A DNA stretch of 64,000 nt. It comes from Octopus sinensis. Its lineage: Eukaryota. The stretch is taken from positions 163,556,001-163,620,000 of the forward strand of contig NC_042997.1 of NCBI RefSeq assembly GCF_006345805.1, given 5' to 3'. Every line of letters starts with the position of its first letter. The first letter of the stretch is position 1. The position numbers and the translations under genes are program-made. The notes under the pieces are model-generated. The model saw only the letters and a program-made list of their open reading frames with translations. It was not told the origin of the DNA and ran no database searches. This document shows, one piece after another, positions 38,234 through 50,559 of the stretch.

Positions 38234-40663
38234 TTTCAGTGCTGGAAGATGGTTGTCCAGTAGGAAAAATGAGACCACAGAGACAGAAGCTGAATCCCTC
38301 TTGAAATCTCCTAAACCAAGCTGTATTCCTTCAAGTGGTAGGGAAGTAAATCACAGTAGCTTCGGCTGGCCACCATCTCATAGTTTTACTACTTCAGATA
38401 AGACTTCACTAGACAAAACAGCTTTGGGTGAAAATTACCATCAAAGAAGCTCATACCTAACACATGGTAAAATGTCAAATGTGCCTTCATTTAAGCATAA
38501 AGGTATGACAGAAAGCTGTACTAAAGAAGATAATATTCGAGATTTAAGAACTGACAGATGTTCTGATAAACTACACAAGTCCATTCAACAGGCTGATGCT
38601 AGTTCCTCCCGTAATATTCCTTTGAGAGCATCTGTTCGTAAAAGTCATGATTCTGAAAGGAATAGTGATTATGGAATAAGCAAATCTTCATTACACAGTA
38701 ATATGCCTCATAAAAGAAGTCCCACAAAGTCTTCTGAATCTAGTAACACTAATCAAAAAACACCCAGAATTGTTGCAAAAGAAAGATTATCTGGAGATCA
38801 TGACTTGCAAATGGCCAATATTGAAAGTTCTGTTTCTCCAGCAGGATTAAATGTAAATAAAAATAACAACGATCTCAAGTCACTAAGAAAACCTGTTACT
38901 TCTGGTAGAGTAGCTGAAGGTTTTGCAGATCAGTCATTTGACCGTTCAGATGTAAAATATAATTCATGCAGATCCCGTATACCAACTCCTAATTCTCCTT
39001 CAAGTTCACATAAAGCTGAATCACATAAACTTTCATCACAGAGCTTTACTTTTTCTAGAGGTTCGGATACAAACAAAGCTAACATGGAACAGAGTGGTAA
39101 GGAAACAAATGAAAGTAGAGCTGAACGTATTGCTCGTTATAAACAAATCAGACGAAATGAACTGGCTTCAATAATTAAGGCCAGACTAGATGCTAACGGT
39201 GGTGACAAAAAGGAAGAAGATGAAGATAAAAAGTTGAATTTGAAACAGAATCTTTATCCAGAAATAGCAAAAGAAAGTGAAACACAGTTTCCAATCTCAT
39301 CTCTTACTGAAAAAGGCAACTTGAATTTAAGAACAGAAGGCATTGAGCCTGAGAGTTCAGATTTAAAGCTGAATAGATTGCAACAAAAATCCAGAAATGT
39401 GTCTGAACGGTCCAAAAAACGGCAAGAAAGAATGCTACGAAATAGTCAACATTTATCTGCTGATCTTATTGGTCAAACTACAAAAGGTAGAATTCTTAGT
39501 AATAAATTGGATACATCCACAAGTATAGACTCTAGGAATATTCCTCCTTCTATTGCTGATGATACTCAACCATCTTTAGAAGCTGAGAGAGCAGTGAGTC
39601 TGTCATATGATGACAGAAGTCAGCTAGCTCAGTTAAGAAGCAATGAAGTAGGAACAGACTTTGCTTCAAATGTTACTAATATCTCTTCTGAAATCCCCTG
39701 TAACAAAAATCTTTCCAACCAGCCATCAGAATCCATTGGTGCTAAAACTGGGATAGAAAATGAGAAAAGTTCTTTATCATTATCAAATGACAGGTTCATA
39801 GATAAAGGTTATAATAAAGATTTATATACTCCTTTAAGAAAACAAAATGTACAGGAAAAGCCAAATATCATTGGTAGACAACAAGAAAAGTGTAGGTTTC
39901 AAAGTAAAAGTGATGGATATTTAACATCAGGTTCTGAGGCTGGATTTTCTGATAATATTTTTGACTACTCCATATCTGAATCAGATAATTTTAGGAATTA
40001 TAACATCGACAGTGAAACAGACATACAATTATACTCTCAGATGACAGCTGACTTAAATGAGAACCCTAGATCCTCAACATCTTTCGTAAAATCAAAACAA
40101 CTACCTGAAAGTGCTGTTTCATATAGAAAACAATTGTTGCAGGATCTGAATGAAAAAAGTGAGAATAAAAAAATTGAGAATGAATATAAGAAAGATATCG
40201 ACTGGTTAGAGCGTAGAAAGTTTGAATACATGATTAAAAAAGCTGAGAAGGAAAAGAAATTTTCAGTCTTAGACAAGATTAAAGCTGCTGAAATAAAAGC
40301 TCATGCAATTAGACAGAAAAGAGAAGAAAATAAGGCACAGAAGCCTCTTGAAAGAACAAAGAGTGAAAGTCAAGTTAAGATGCCTTTAGAGGTTTGTCAA
40401 GAAACTAATCGAAAAAATACTAACTTGGAACGGGCTCAATCTTTTGGATCTGCCCCTGTGAAGAAAATTGAGGAACTTCTTTTCTCTCCTAAGTATGAAA
40501 GTAACTTGGATGAGCTTCTTTTAAAGAATGCTGCTTATTTAGCAGATGAAGAAACAGATTTGCCATCGCAGTCTGTAAGGAATTTACATCCTAAAGAAAA
40601 TTTAAAGCTCAGGAAGTCTGTACGGAAGAAAAAATTAACCAAGCTTGCCAGTGTGTCAGAAAG
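38234..40663 (+). CDS. SVIL: Giant coding exon (2430 nt) of supervillin-like protein; Ser/Lys/Glu-rich, probably disordered N-terminal region
   Basis: Core of the 858-aa ORF. Pyrimidine tract plus tag at 38231-38233 (alternative cag at 38237-38239). Strong donor AG|gtaagt after 40663. ESRAERIARYKQIRRNELA (39111-39167) matches the human supervillin N-terminal ESKAERIARYKAERRRQLA as I recall it (14/19). The exon is near certain. The gene name rests on this one motif, and no gelsolin/villin domains are visible in the window. Confidence 0.8.
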
Positions 40664-40847
40664 GTAAGTTTGATATTATTATATATTTGCTTGTAAGATG
40701 CAATTTAAAGTAAAAATAAAAAAAGTGATACAAATATTTTTATGTAAGCTAATAAAGTGAAAAGAAAATTATTTCCATACAAACAATTAATTAGTTACAT
40801 CTCTTGGAAAAAGTCAAGATCTTGTATAAAGCTTGAATATAATATTG

Positions 40848-41053
40848 GTTTCAAATTTTGGCACAGGGTTTTGGGGGAAGGGGTAGGTCGATTACATCCT
40901 CCCCGGTGCTCAGCTGGTATTTATTTTATCAACTCCGAAAGGATGAAAAGCAGTGTCAACCTTGGCGGAATTTGAACTCAGAATATATTGACGGACAGAG
41001 TACTGCTAAGTATATTGCTTGGTGTGCTAACAATTCTGCCAGCTCACCACCTT
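40848..41053 (-). mobile_element. SINE family A
   Basis: Reverse complement of the family A head and core. Further copies at about 6840-6995(-), 11695-11915(-), 13395-13500(-), 16690-16895(+), 29690-29790(-), 46150-46300(+), 48995-49155(-) and 58935-59135(-). Confidence 0.85.
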
Positions 41054-41069
41054 AAAAAGAAAACATGCA

Positions 41070-41142
41070 TTCCCATGCCAGGAATCAAACCAGGGCTGCT
41101 TTGGTGAGAGCCAGGAATCCTAACCACTAGATCACATAGGGA
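41070..41142 (-). pseudogene. tRNA-Glu(CTC) pseudogene
   Basis: Minus strand TCCCTATGTGATCTAGTGGTTAGGATTCCTGGCTCTCACCAAAGCAGCCCTGGTTTGATTCCTGGCATGGGAA aligns with eukaryotic tRNA-Glu. The anticodon stem is broken (CCTGG/CAAAG), the B box is CpG-decayed (GGTTTGA), there is no CCA, and TTTTCTTTTT follows. Confidence 0.85.
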
Positions 41143-41194
41143 AGCCAAAAGTTAACCATAATATTGATATAACTAATATTAATACCAGAGAGAA

Positions 41195-41676
41195 GGTGGT
41201 GAGCTGGCAGAAACGTTAGCACGCTGGGCAAAATGCTTAGTGGTATTTCATCTGTCTTTACGTTCTAAGTTCAAATTCTGCCGAGGTTGACATTGCCTTT
41301 CATCCTTTCGGGGGTCAATAAATTAAGTACCAGTTGCATACTGGGGTCAATCTAATCAACTGGCCCCACTCCCCCAAAATTTCGGGCCTCGTACCTAGAG
41401 TAGAAAAGAATATAAAAACATTTCTCATGGCACCAGAAAACAATTTACAGATGCTTACATTTTAAGGCAGCGAGCTGGCAGAAACGTTAGCATGCCGAGC
41501 GAAATGCTCAGCGGTATTTCGTCTGTCTTTATGCTCTGAGTTCAAATTCTGCCGAGGTCAGCTTTGCCTTTCATCCTTTCGGGGTCAATAAATTAAGTTC
41601 AGTTGTGTACTGGGGTCGATCTAATCAACTGGCCCCCTACCCGAAAATTCCGGGCCTCGTGCATTGAGTAGAAAAG
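41195..41676 (+). mobile_element. Two full-length SINE family A copies with a spacer of about 53 nt
   Basis: Both start gg(t/c)(g/a)g(t/c)gagctggcagaaacgttagca and end gagtagaaaagaata. Flanked by a 20-bp direct repeat. Confidence 0.9.
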
Positions 41677-42451
41677 AATATTAATACCAGAGAGAATTTT
41701 GAGACATGAAATTGGAACTACTCTTTAAAACTACATGAATGCTTTTAAAATAGGATATTGAAAAATTTCTAAATGTACTATTTTATTCTAATTTTCAAAT
41801 GTCTATTATAGAATTTATCATTGATATAATATGTATACTTTCAGGTTTTTAAGTTCTTTTAACACTATTAACAGACATAGATTAGTGGAATTGTATTAGT
41901 TACTCTTAATACTATAGGGCCTAACATCTTTGCAATTAAATAATGTTGATAGGATTTTATATGATTATAATAATATTGATCTCCATTTACTGTTATATGC
42001 TACTTTAATTCTTTAGGGTATGTAACAGTTCTCTTTCATTGTGGTAAAACTAATTTATTACAGTGTCATTCAAGGATTTAGTGTATTGATTATCAATTAG
42101 AGCTGTTGTAATATACACGAAGATAGCTTGGAAAGATAATTAAACAAAGAAAATAATCAAATTTTGAAGTGTATTTATAAAGTCAATATCAGTTCATAAT
42201 GCTTTATATGAAATTGGTTGACGTACACTTGTTTTCTACAGAATAGATATTTCTTTCGAACTAAATTTAGGTTTAGAATTTCTGTTTGACTGGAGTGCAA
42301 TAAGTATACATCAAGATGTAGGTAGAATGCAAGTGCCATTTTAGCCATTTAAGAATATATAAGTTTATTTGCCTTTCATTTATTTCTTGAGCTGTCTTGG
42401 TTTTCATTTTTCTGAGATCCTGTCCCTAACACAATTCCCCTGTTGTTGCAG

Positions 42452-42514
42452 TGAAATTATATCAGTGACAAGTTTACAGAGATGTGACGAACATCTTGAT
42501 ATCTCAGTAAATAA
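42452..42514 (+). CDS. Candidate 63-nt symmetric (phase 2-2) cassette exon
   Basis: Branch-like ccCTAAC at 42424-42430, acceptor tgttgttgcag, open frame (S)EIISVTSLQRCDEHLDISVN continuing the giant exon, weak donor AA|gtaaaa. Confidence 0.4.
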
Positions 42515-44334
42515 GTAAAAAGTAAATATAACTGTCTATGTGTACTTAAATGGTTAAAATAGCTATAACACAGTATAATTGCTTAAGTTTCAATGCATTT
42601 TCTTAAAGCAAGTCACTTGCCAAACACATACAGTTCCAAAATGTGGATAAAATTTCTTATTATTCATCTTTGATTTTCTTTTTAATTGAAATGTGATTAT
42701 ATTATAATTTAATATAACTCATCAGACTGATTCAGCTACTATTAAATTATACTGAGAGCTGAATCACTCTGACAGACATGGAGAAAGACATGTAGCTATG
42801 TTGCCAGACAGTTGCAACATAGCTCCATGTCTTTCTATCTCACATTAATTCAAGATTATAAATTTATACATCTCAGTGCATTTTCAGCTTCTTTCTTCTA
42901 TATTTCTACTCATATGGAATAAAATATCTTTGTTTTATTTATTGACACATACACACACACATACATACATGTGAAGGTGCATGGTTCAGTGGTTAGAGTG
43001 TCAGGCTCACAACCATGAGGTAGCGAGTTTGATTATGTGTGTGTGTGTGTCCTTGTCTAGACTTTATGTGATAGTTGTAAAATGAATGTCACCATCATGC
43101 AAGTCATATCCTTTATTTTCAATCTTCTTTGAAAGCATATCTGGTCATGGGAAATATTACCTTACTTGGAAACAACTTAAGGTTGGTAACAGGAAGGGCA
43201 CCCAGTTACAGAAAATCTACCTCAACAAATTCTGTCCAACCCATCCAAACATTCTATTATCAATGTATTACCTGTATAACATTGGTAATAATATACTGGA
43301 CATTTGGTTAACAGTTTGAATTACTGGGCTACCTGCCGTGCCAGAAATGGTAAGATGAATGCAGAAACAGTTGGTGGCGTAATTATTTAGCTGAAAACTG
43401 ATATGCAGTTTCAAAATTTACATTGTTGAAACTATCTTGTGCAAGAATGGGTGAATTAATGAAATCTATAATGAACATGTTGAACCTATTTGATTCTCTA
43501 ACATCATTGTTTTTAGATTTACTAGTAACTTGTAATGTATAATCACACATTCCCCCACCACAAGTTCTTGTTTTTATTCTGTGTAACTCTGTATGTTGAC
43601 TGAAGTAATAACACTGCATACTAATAAATTATTTAGTACATTTACAATAAAATAATTGTTTATTGCCAGTTATACTGTTATAGCAGATGGCTAGTAACAA
43701 ACAGAAAAGCCTTTTTTAACTCTGCCTTTATTGCCTACTTTTATTGTGATTTATATTAATGTTATTTTACTAAAGTAGCATTTAAGCAGTTATTGTATTA
43801 AGCTGTAACAATAGATAAATTTACTCACTCTTTACTGTGGTTATTGAGTTCATGAAGTATGAGGTCAAATAAGTGACTTGAAGAGCTCAATAACCTTAAA
43901 AGTGGAGTGGGAATATAAACAAATGGATTAATGTATATATGAAAACATAAACTTTCAGTGAAGTTCTTGCAAACAGACAAAGGACAAATAATAATAAAAA
44001 GAGGACTTTAACAAGTGAAATACATTTAGGTTTACTGTAGGATATTTTGCTTTACGTACATTTGTCTCATTATTTAGTTCTAGGCCAATCTTAATTTGGT
44101 AGACTTATGATCAAAGATGTTTCAATTGTAACCATCTTGCTTTATTCTACCTTTTATCCAATACGACATTATCTAATGTGCTTTGCCCCTCATTGATTCT
44201 AAGCTATGTATATACTGCTTTGTATATAATAATTCTCACATTAATTCAAGATTATAAATTTATAGAAATGGGTTATGATTGACTGAATAGATCCATACAT
44301 TGAATATATTACTAATATGATGATTCACTTTGGA

Positions 44335-44625
44335 AACATGGGTGTGTCGTTCAACATCCTTAACCCTTATTCAGTAACCTTTTGAGCGGAATGGGCTACT
44401 TAACCTAGAGAAAATTCTAACTGGGCCCCACCTGCAAGGTCATGTGCTGTTTATCTTGATATGAGATCACCATGTTTCTCACATATGGTTGTGATGCATG
44501 TGCCTGGTGTACCCTTATCAGATGGGTAGTTATGATGAGTATACTGGGCTTCGTATATTTTACCCCAGTGTCACTTTGATGGCATGCGTTGCTCTCTCAC
44601 TCAATAATAATAACAACAACAACAA
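44335..44625 (+). mobile_element. Retroposon 3' fragment with (AAT)/(AAC)n tail
   Basis: Abrupt GC rise and simple-repeat tail. Recognised from memory as a common repeat of this lineage. Single copy in this window. Confidence 0.55.
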
Positions 44626-44889
44626 TTTAACATATGCACAGAGTTGCTATTTTTGAAAGGGAAAGGATTAATCTTAACTAAATTAACCTCAGTACTTAGC
44701 TGTTAGTTTATTTTATTGACCCCAGAAATATCTTCTAAGATTGGCATAAAATTACTATATAATAGTAAAGGTAAAGAGATGTTAAGAGTATAATCATATA
44801 GTTGTGAGGAGGCTTAACTTTCATGCTGTATAGTATGTAAAGCCATGTAAATGCTTTCATATAGAATAAATACAGTTAATTATTCTTCC

Positions 44890-45390
44890 TCCTCACTCAA
44901 ATGCCTGTAGACACATGCATATTGACTTGATGTGCTAATGTAGCAACCAAATCCTTTCTCAATGAATTCCTCATCTTCAGTTATACAAAACTCAAATCCA
45001 AATCTCAAATGTACCACACAGTGAAATACTTTGACTGCACATACAATCATCCTAAACTGCATTCAGTAAAAGCTGTCTTGCTAATTGGCATGAAGTTGCT
45101 TGCCAGTGCATTACAACTCTGGCTTGCGGATGTGCTATCTGCTCATTTTGCCTCTTTTATCTCAGAGCTGGCTGGTCTTGTGCCACCTCTGTCTAGACTA
45201 GATCTACTTATTCATCTCTTTTGTCACCTATATTGTGTCCAACTTCCAGATATTGCACTAACTTTTTTACCCAGTCTTTCCTCCCCTGAACATTTTTCCT
45301 CTGGAATACACTCCCTGCCCATGTATTTCTAACTACTATATTGATCTTAATAGTCTTGGAGAGTTTGTGAAGATCATGGGCATAAATCTT
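44890..45390 (+). mobile_element. 3' end of CR1/L2-group LINE
   Basis: LWNTLPAHVF (WNSLP motif, about 45299-45328). Shares gtgaagatcatg(a/g)gca with the end of the 27.8-30.1 kb element. Confidence 0.7.
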
Positions 45391-48300
45391 TCCTTTAGAT
45401 CAAAAACATAAGAGAAAAATATTGATCTTGGTTTGAATACTCAATAAATGATGATGTTTTTTTCTCATTTATGTATTTGGTAATGTAAGCTCTTGTTCCA
45501 TAATGTTCAGTTGGTTCTCTCTGTTCTCTTTGTGTTCTAGAGCACAGCTGACTTGAACCACAGCAAAAAGGGCAGTTTTATTTTCTGGTCTCTTGTTAGT
45601 GTATTTCCTCTGACTTTTGTAAATCTTCTTGCTTTCTTACATCATGACCATTTTAAACTAAAATTGCTATGAGTTACCTCATTCTTATCTTAAGCTTTTT
45701 TGCAAACGTTTTGATTATGTAATGATTTGATATCAAACCTACATTCACATAGTGTCCCTAAATTAATTCTCATCTTGGAATATGGGAATATGAACTTTCG
45801 TGGCATGTCTGCAGTAAAATATATCTGAATTTTCAAACTACTATTTAATCCTATTTCAAATATCACTCAGGTTATAGTTGAATTTATTAATGAATAGTAT
45901 CTTGGTTATCTGGAATATCTTGTTTTGAATGATTAATAGTGTTAATTTAATAAGTAGGAATGTTTAACAATCTTCTGTGAAATGTTGCAACTTTTTTGTG
46001 AAAGCAAAATTGTTCAGGAAGTCTTGTTCAAGACTAGCATAAGAATTCTCTAAAATTGTTGGTATATTATCACTTACTAGCTGCTCCATTTCTGCTTGTG
46101 TTACTGTTGTCCTTTCCAATCCTGTTTCCAGGAACTTCTACATTGCATAATGTTTTCACATTCTGAGTTCAAATTTTACTGAAGTCAACTTTGCCTTTCA
46201 TCCTATCCTTTCAGGGTTGATAAAATAAGTACCAGTTGAACACTGGGGTTGATGTAATTGACTTATCTCCTTCCCCCCAAAATGCTGCCTAGATTTGAAA
46301 TTATTAGAGATCTGCTTGCCTGTCTATATCTACTTATAGGAATACAGCCTTCTCTCTAATTTTGTCTGTTTTCCCATTGGAAATACTATATAATGGAAAT
46401 ATGGTTGTGTTGTTAAAAAGTCACTTTGCAATCACATGGTTCTGGGTTCACTCTCACTGCATAGCACCTTGGACAAGTGTCTTCTGCCATAGTTGGGTTG
46501 ACTGAAGCCTTATGAAGTAAATTTGGTAGCTGTGGTGTGAAATTTGTGTAGAGACCAGGTGCTCATGTTAAACATATGAACAAACACTATGTATTGAATA
46601 TTATCTTTGTCTTTTAGTACAGAGAGATGACACAGTTTGTACAATGGTAAGAGGGGGTGCTATGCTCAGTGAAGTTAAGCTAAGTTAAGAGGAATGAACA
46701 GATAGAAGGAAGTGATAATTAAGAAGTTAACAATTAGGAATTGGGAAACCAAAAGCAAAGAATGAAAGATGACGATTGAAAAATGAAAAAATGATGGAAA
46801 ATGTAGAAAAATGACAAAATGAAATAATGAAAAAATGAAAAGATGAAGAGAAACTGAGGTAGTGTGAAAGGTTATCCTGTTATCTCTCTGTACTAGACCA
46901 CAACTATGTTGCCTGAGATACACCACTATCTTATTTTTGTCTTTTGTTTATAAACTGTAACAATGTGTGTGTGTGTGTGTGTTGGCATGGAATGAACAAA
47001 ATCAGTGTGTCAAACAAAAACATGTCTCCTTTTATCCAAGGCCATCTTTTCATTATTAACAATATTGCTAAAATAAATACCAAACAACATACTGGAGCTA
47101 TATAATCGTCTATGGAGGTAGTGCCCCAGAATGGCCACAGGCCAAAGATTGAAACTGATGAAAAAATAAAAAAATCGTTATTGTAACTTCTGTTTTTTCC
47201 ATTAACAAGAATCATTTGCAACTGCTATGCCAGACACCTTATCTACAAATTGCTCTTAGGAATACCTTACAAGTGCTTAACTATTGATTACTCTTAAGAG
47301 TTTGATGGCTATCTCTGTATCGTAGGTATATTAAAACACAGATAAGTGTGGGCATTTAACAACTATACCTGTTATTGTTTTTCTTGCCCCCGTCATCTAA
47401 ATTTTAATAATTGTATTCTTTTCTTGTTTATCTCATGTCTCTAAACGTTCATTCCTGCCAAGTTGTATCATTCTCAAATCATCATGTCTCTTGAAACTTG
47501 TTTTCAGTAATAACTAAACTGTTCTATCAGAAAAGTTTTTTTTTATTAGCTACAGACATTTTCCCTCCTAAATAGAGCACAATAAAACCACAAACTATTG
47601 AAAACTGTATAGCAGGTTGAATTCAGTTATGTTTTATTATGAGGCTCCCTTCCTTTCACATGAAACAAAGTCAACTTTGTTGGGAAAAGATTACAGTTGA
47701 TAATAGTGTTTGATCTGCCAACTACCTTTGAATTGTCTTGAAAGACAATGAACAAAATCATCTACCTAATAAATGATTATTTTCTTTTCTCATTATAAAA
47801 ACTGACATAACCTGAAAAAAAACTGAGTAAGCGTAAAGATTTATAACATTATGTATTGATTTCTAACGTTGACATTTAGCCACAAATTTATAGGAAAAGC
47901 ATAAAGTTTATTGAATTAACAGTACCCTATTGGTACTTATTTTATCAGCCCTGGGAAAACAAAAGATATTTTCAGCTAAATTTAATCTGAGAACATAAAG
48001 TGATGCAGCGCAATACCACAAGACATTGATGAGTGTAGTATTAGCCCAAATAATTTCACTTATGAAATTTTGAAAATCTCAACTAACAAGTTAACTTGGA
48101 AGGTACCCAAGGGTCTCTAAGATATACAATATAAAATTATTTGCTTACTCAGGAACAATTCATATTATGCGGGAAGTACTGATGTAGCCAACCTCAATTT
48201 AAAAATCATTATGATGTTCAATTTCTTGCTGTTTACGAAACTGAACTGCATCACTGATATTATATTCTTATATATTCTTACAATATAGTGGACCGACTTG

Positions 48301-48631
48301 CTAATGGTTAGTACTTTTGTCATGACACAGTGCATGTTTGATTATATAGTACACATTGTAGAACTTAAACATTTTGTTACTTTTTAGAAGTTAGCTGTAA
48401 AAAATTGTAAAATTAGAGCAATTGATAAATTAGGAGGATACTCCTATGGCCCTTGTTTATAATAGTATCGCATGATTGGCTGCTTGAGGACTCCTGTATG
48501 TAGAAGATTAAACAGGATTGAAGGGTAGTATTATCTGCATATAGGCAGAGAACTTAGCAAGGAGGCTGGTTGTTGTTGTTTAGTCTCCAGGTCAGCCCTG
48601 ACTGGGTAGGTTTATGCTCAAAGGCATTCAA

Positions 48632-48860
48632 AGGTGGCAAGCTGGCAGAAACGTTAGCACGCCGGGCGAACTACTTAGCGGTGTTTCATCTGCCGTTCCG
48701 TTCTGAGTTCAAATTACGCTGAGGTCAACTTTGCCTTTCATCCTTTCAGGGTCGATTAAATAAGTACCAGTTACGCACTGGGGGCGATATAATTGACTTA
48801 ATCCATTTGTCTGTCCTTGTTTGTCCTCTGTGTTTAGCCCCTTGTAGGTAGTAAAGAAAT
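48632..48860 (+). mobile_element. SINE family A nested in a family D repeat
   Basis: TSD aggcattcaa at 48622-48631 and 48861-48870. The host repeat resumes on both sides. Confidence 0.9.
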
Positions 48861-50559
48861 AGGCATTCAAGCTATGACCATCTAGAACCACATTATCTCT
48901 GTATCTTTCTCTTTTTAAAGATAGTAAGGTGCTATTTGAGGGCTAGTTTGGCTGCTATTTTAAGCATGTAGAATCTCTTTTTGGTTTGTTCAGATATTCT
49001 TTTCTGCTCTAGACACAAAGCCCAAAATTTTTGGGGAGGGGGCCAGTTTATTAGATTGACCTCAGTATGCAACTGGTACTTAATTTATCGACTGAAAAAC
49101 AAAATACCACTAAGCATTTCTCCTGGCATGCTGACGTTTCTGCCAGCTTGCCTTGCTGAGTCAAGGACAACAACGTTGCTTTCATTGAAGTTCTTCAGAA
49201 TGAGACATCAGTGATGGAGTAGTGTAGGAGAGCAAGTTCCTTGTAGATCTGGTCCTATAAAAAAGACATACTGAAATACTTAGATCTTTTTTGTTATTCT
49301 GTAATGTAAATGCATTAGAGCCACTTGTCTTTGTAAGCTAGTCAGAATAGGAGGGGCAATTTTGCAGGCCTTCTCAGACTGGTGAGCAATTGTTGTTACT
49401 ATTGGCCAGCCTAAACATCTGCAAGAAAAGATTTTAGGGTCATGTAAAGAAATGAACAGAGAAATTCTTAGAAGGATGGTATCGGTCACCAGCTTAGTAG
49501 TTTTAGATGGGTCATACGGGGAAGTGTAAAATTAATCAGTAGAATTAGTGGTGTGCTGAGTTCACAAACTTAAAGTACCAGAAATTTGGGTGGCGGCAGC
49601 TTGTGTAGAAGGAAGTGTTGAGATAAGTTTTCTTCTTTAAGCTGTGGTCAGATATTTCTATGTTGACAGATGGAGATGGTAGGATAATTTGGTTGTTATT
49701 ATTTAGTCCCAGATCAGCTATAGTTGAATAGACTTGTGTGCCTTTAATTTTTTTAAAGGATTCACTTAAATCACATGATTTGGTTGTGAGTTGAGAGAAT
49801 TTGGCAGCTATTTTGAGCATGTTGTGACTATTTTAGAGATTTCCTCATTGGTTCAACTGAACAATAGATGTGTTTTGAAAGTTAATGTGTCGGTGAGTGG
49901 TACAAGTAGAGAAGGATACTAACTTTTATAAATGACAGGTCAGAATAGGAAATTATTTGGCATTTACTGAAGTGATGCAAGGAATCAAGTTGAGTTGTAT
50001 GCATTGAAATCTGTAAAGGTGACGACTAAGGTAATATGAAATTGTTGTCCCAAGCTAGGATAAGAGATAGTCCTCAAATAGTTGCAAGAATAAATGAGAT
50101 ACTTTAAGACAGTGTATTTGTGAAGATTAAGAAGTTTAGTTTGCATATTAGTGATTGGTAGAATGAAGATTGGATCCAGATCTATGATATTGGTGTAGAG
50201 AAGAGATTTTTGTTGTATCGTGAGAAAATCTGAGCTACTTTTTATGTAAGTTAGTGGAAGAGGGATATTACCCATGCCTTTTGCAGGTCCCCCAAGTTTG
50301 GTCTAATTGTGGCAATGACTTGTGTAAACATTTGCTGGATAAAGATCAATGGAGACGGGATAAAAAAATGACTTGTATTGCTTGCAACAGAGTGATCTCT
50401 TATGAAAAAACCAAGGGCCAGATATTGTTGAACAGACTAGTGTATTAGGCCTATCACCCACAAAGAAGAATAATGCCTTGATTATGTTCATAATGGTCAC
50501 AGTTTAGATGTATTAGGGTACTGTGCATTTGCTTTATTTTGTTAAGGTTCATAATAGAA

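Noticed and set aside
45541-45600. Strong acceptor-like site ctctctgttctctttgtgttctag
   Set aside because: The phase-2 frame hits TGA after four codons and no convincing donor is visible. Weaker micro-exon candidates at 43315-43349 and 46623-46646 are likewise unsupported without RNA data.
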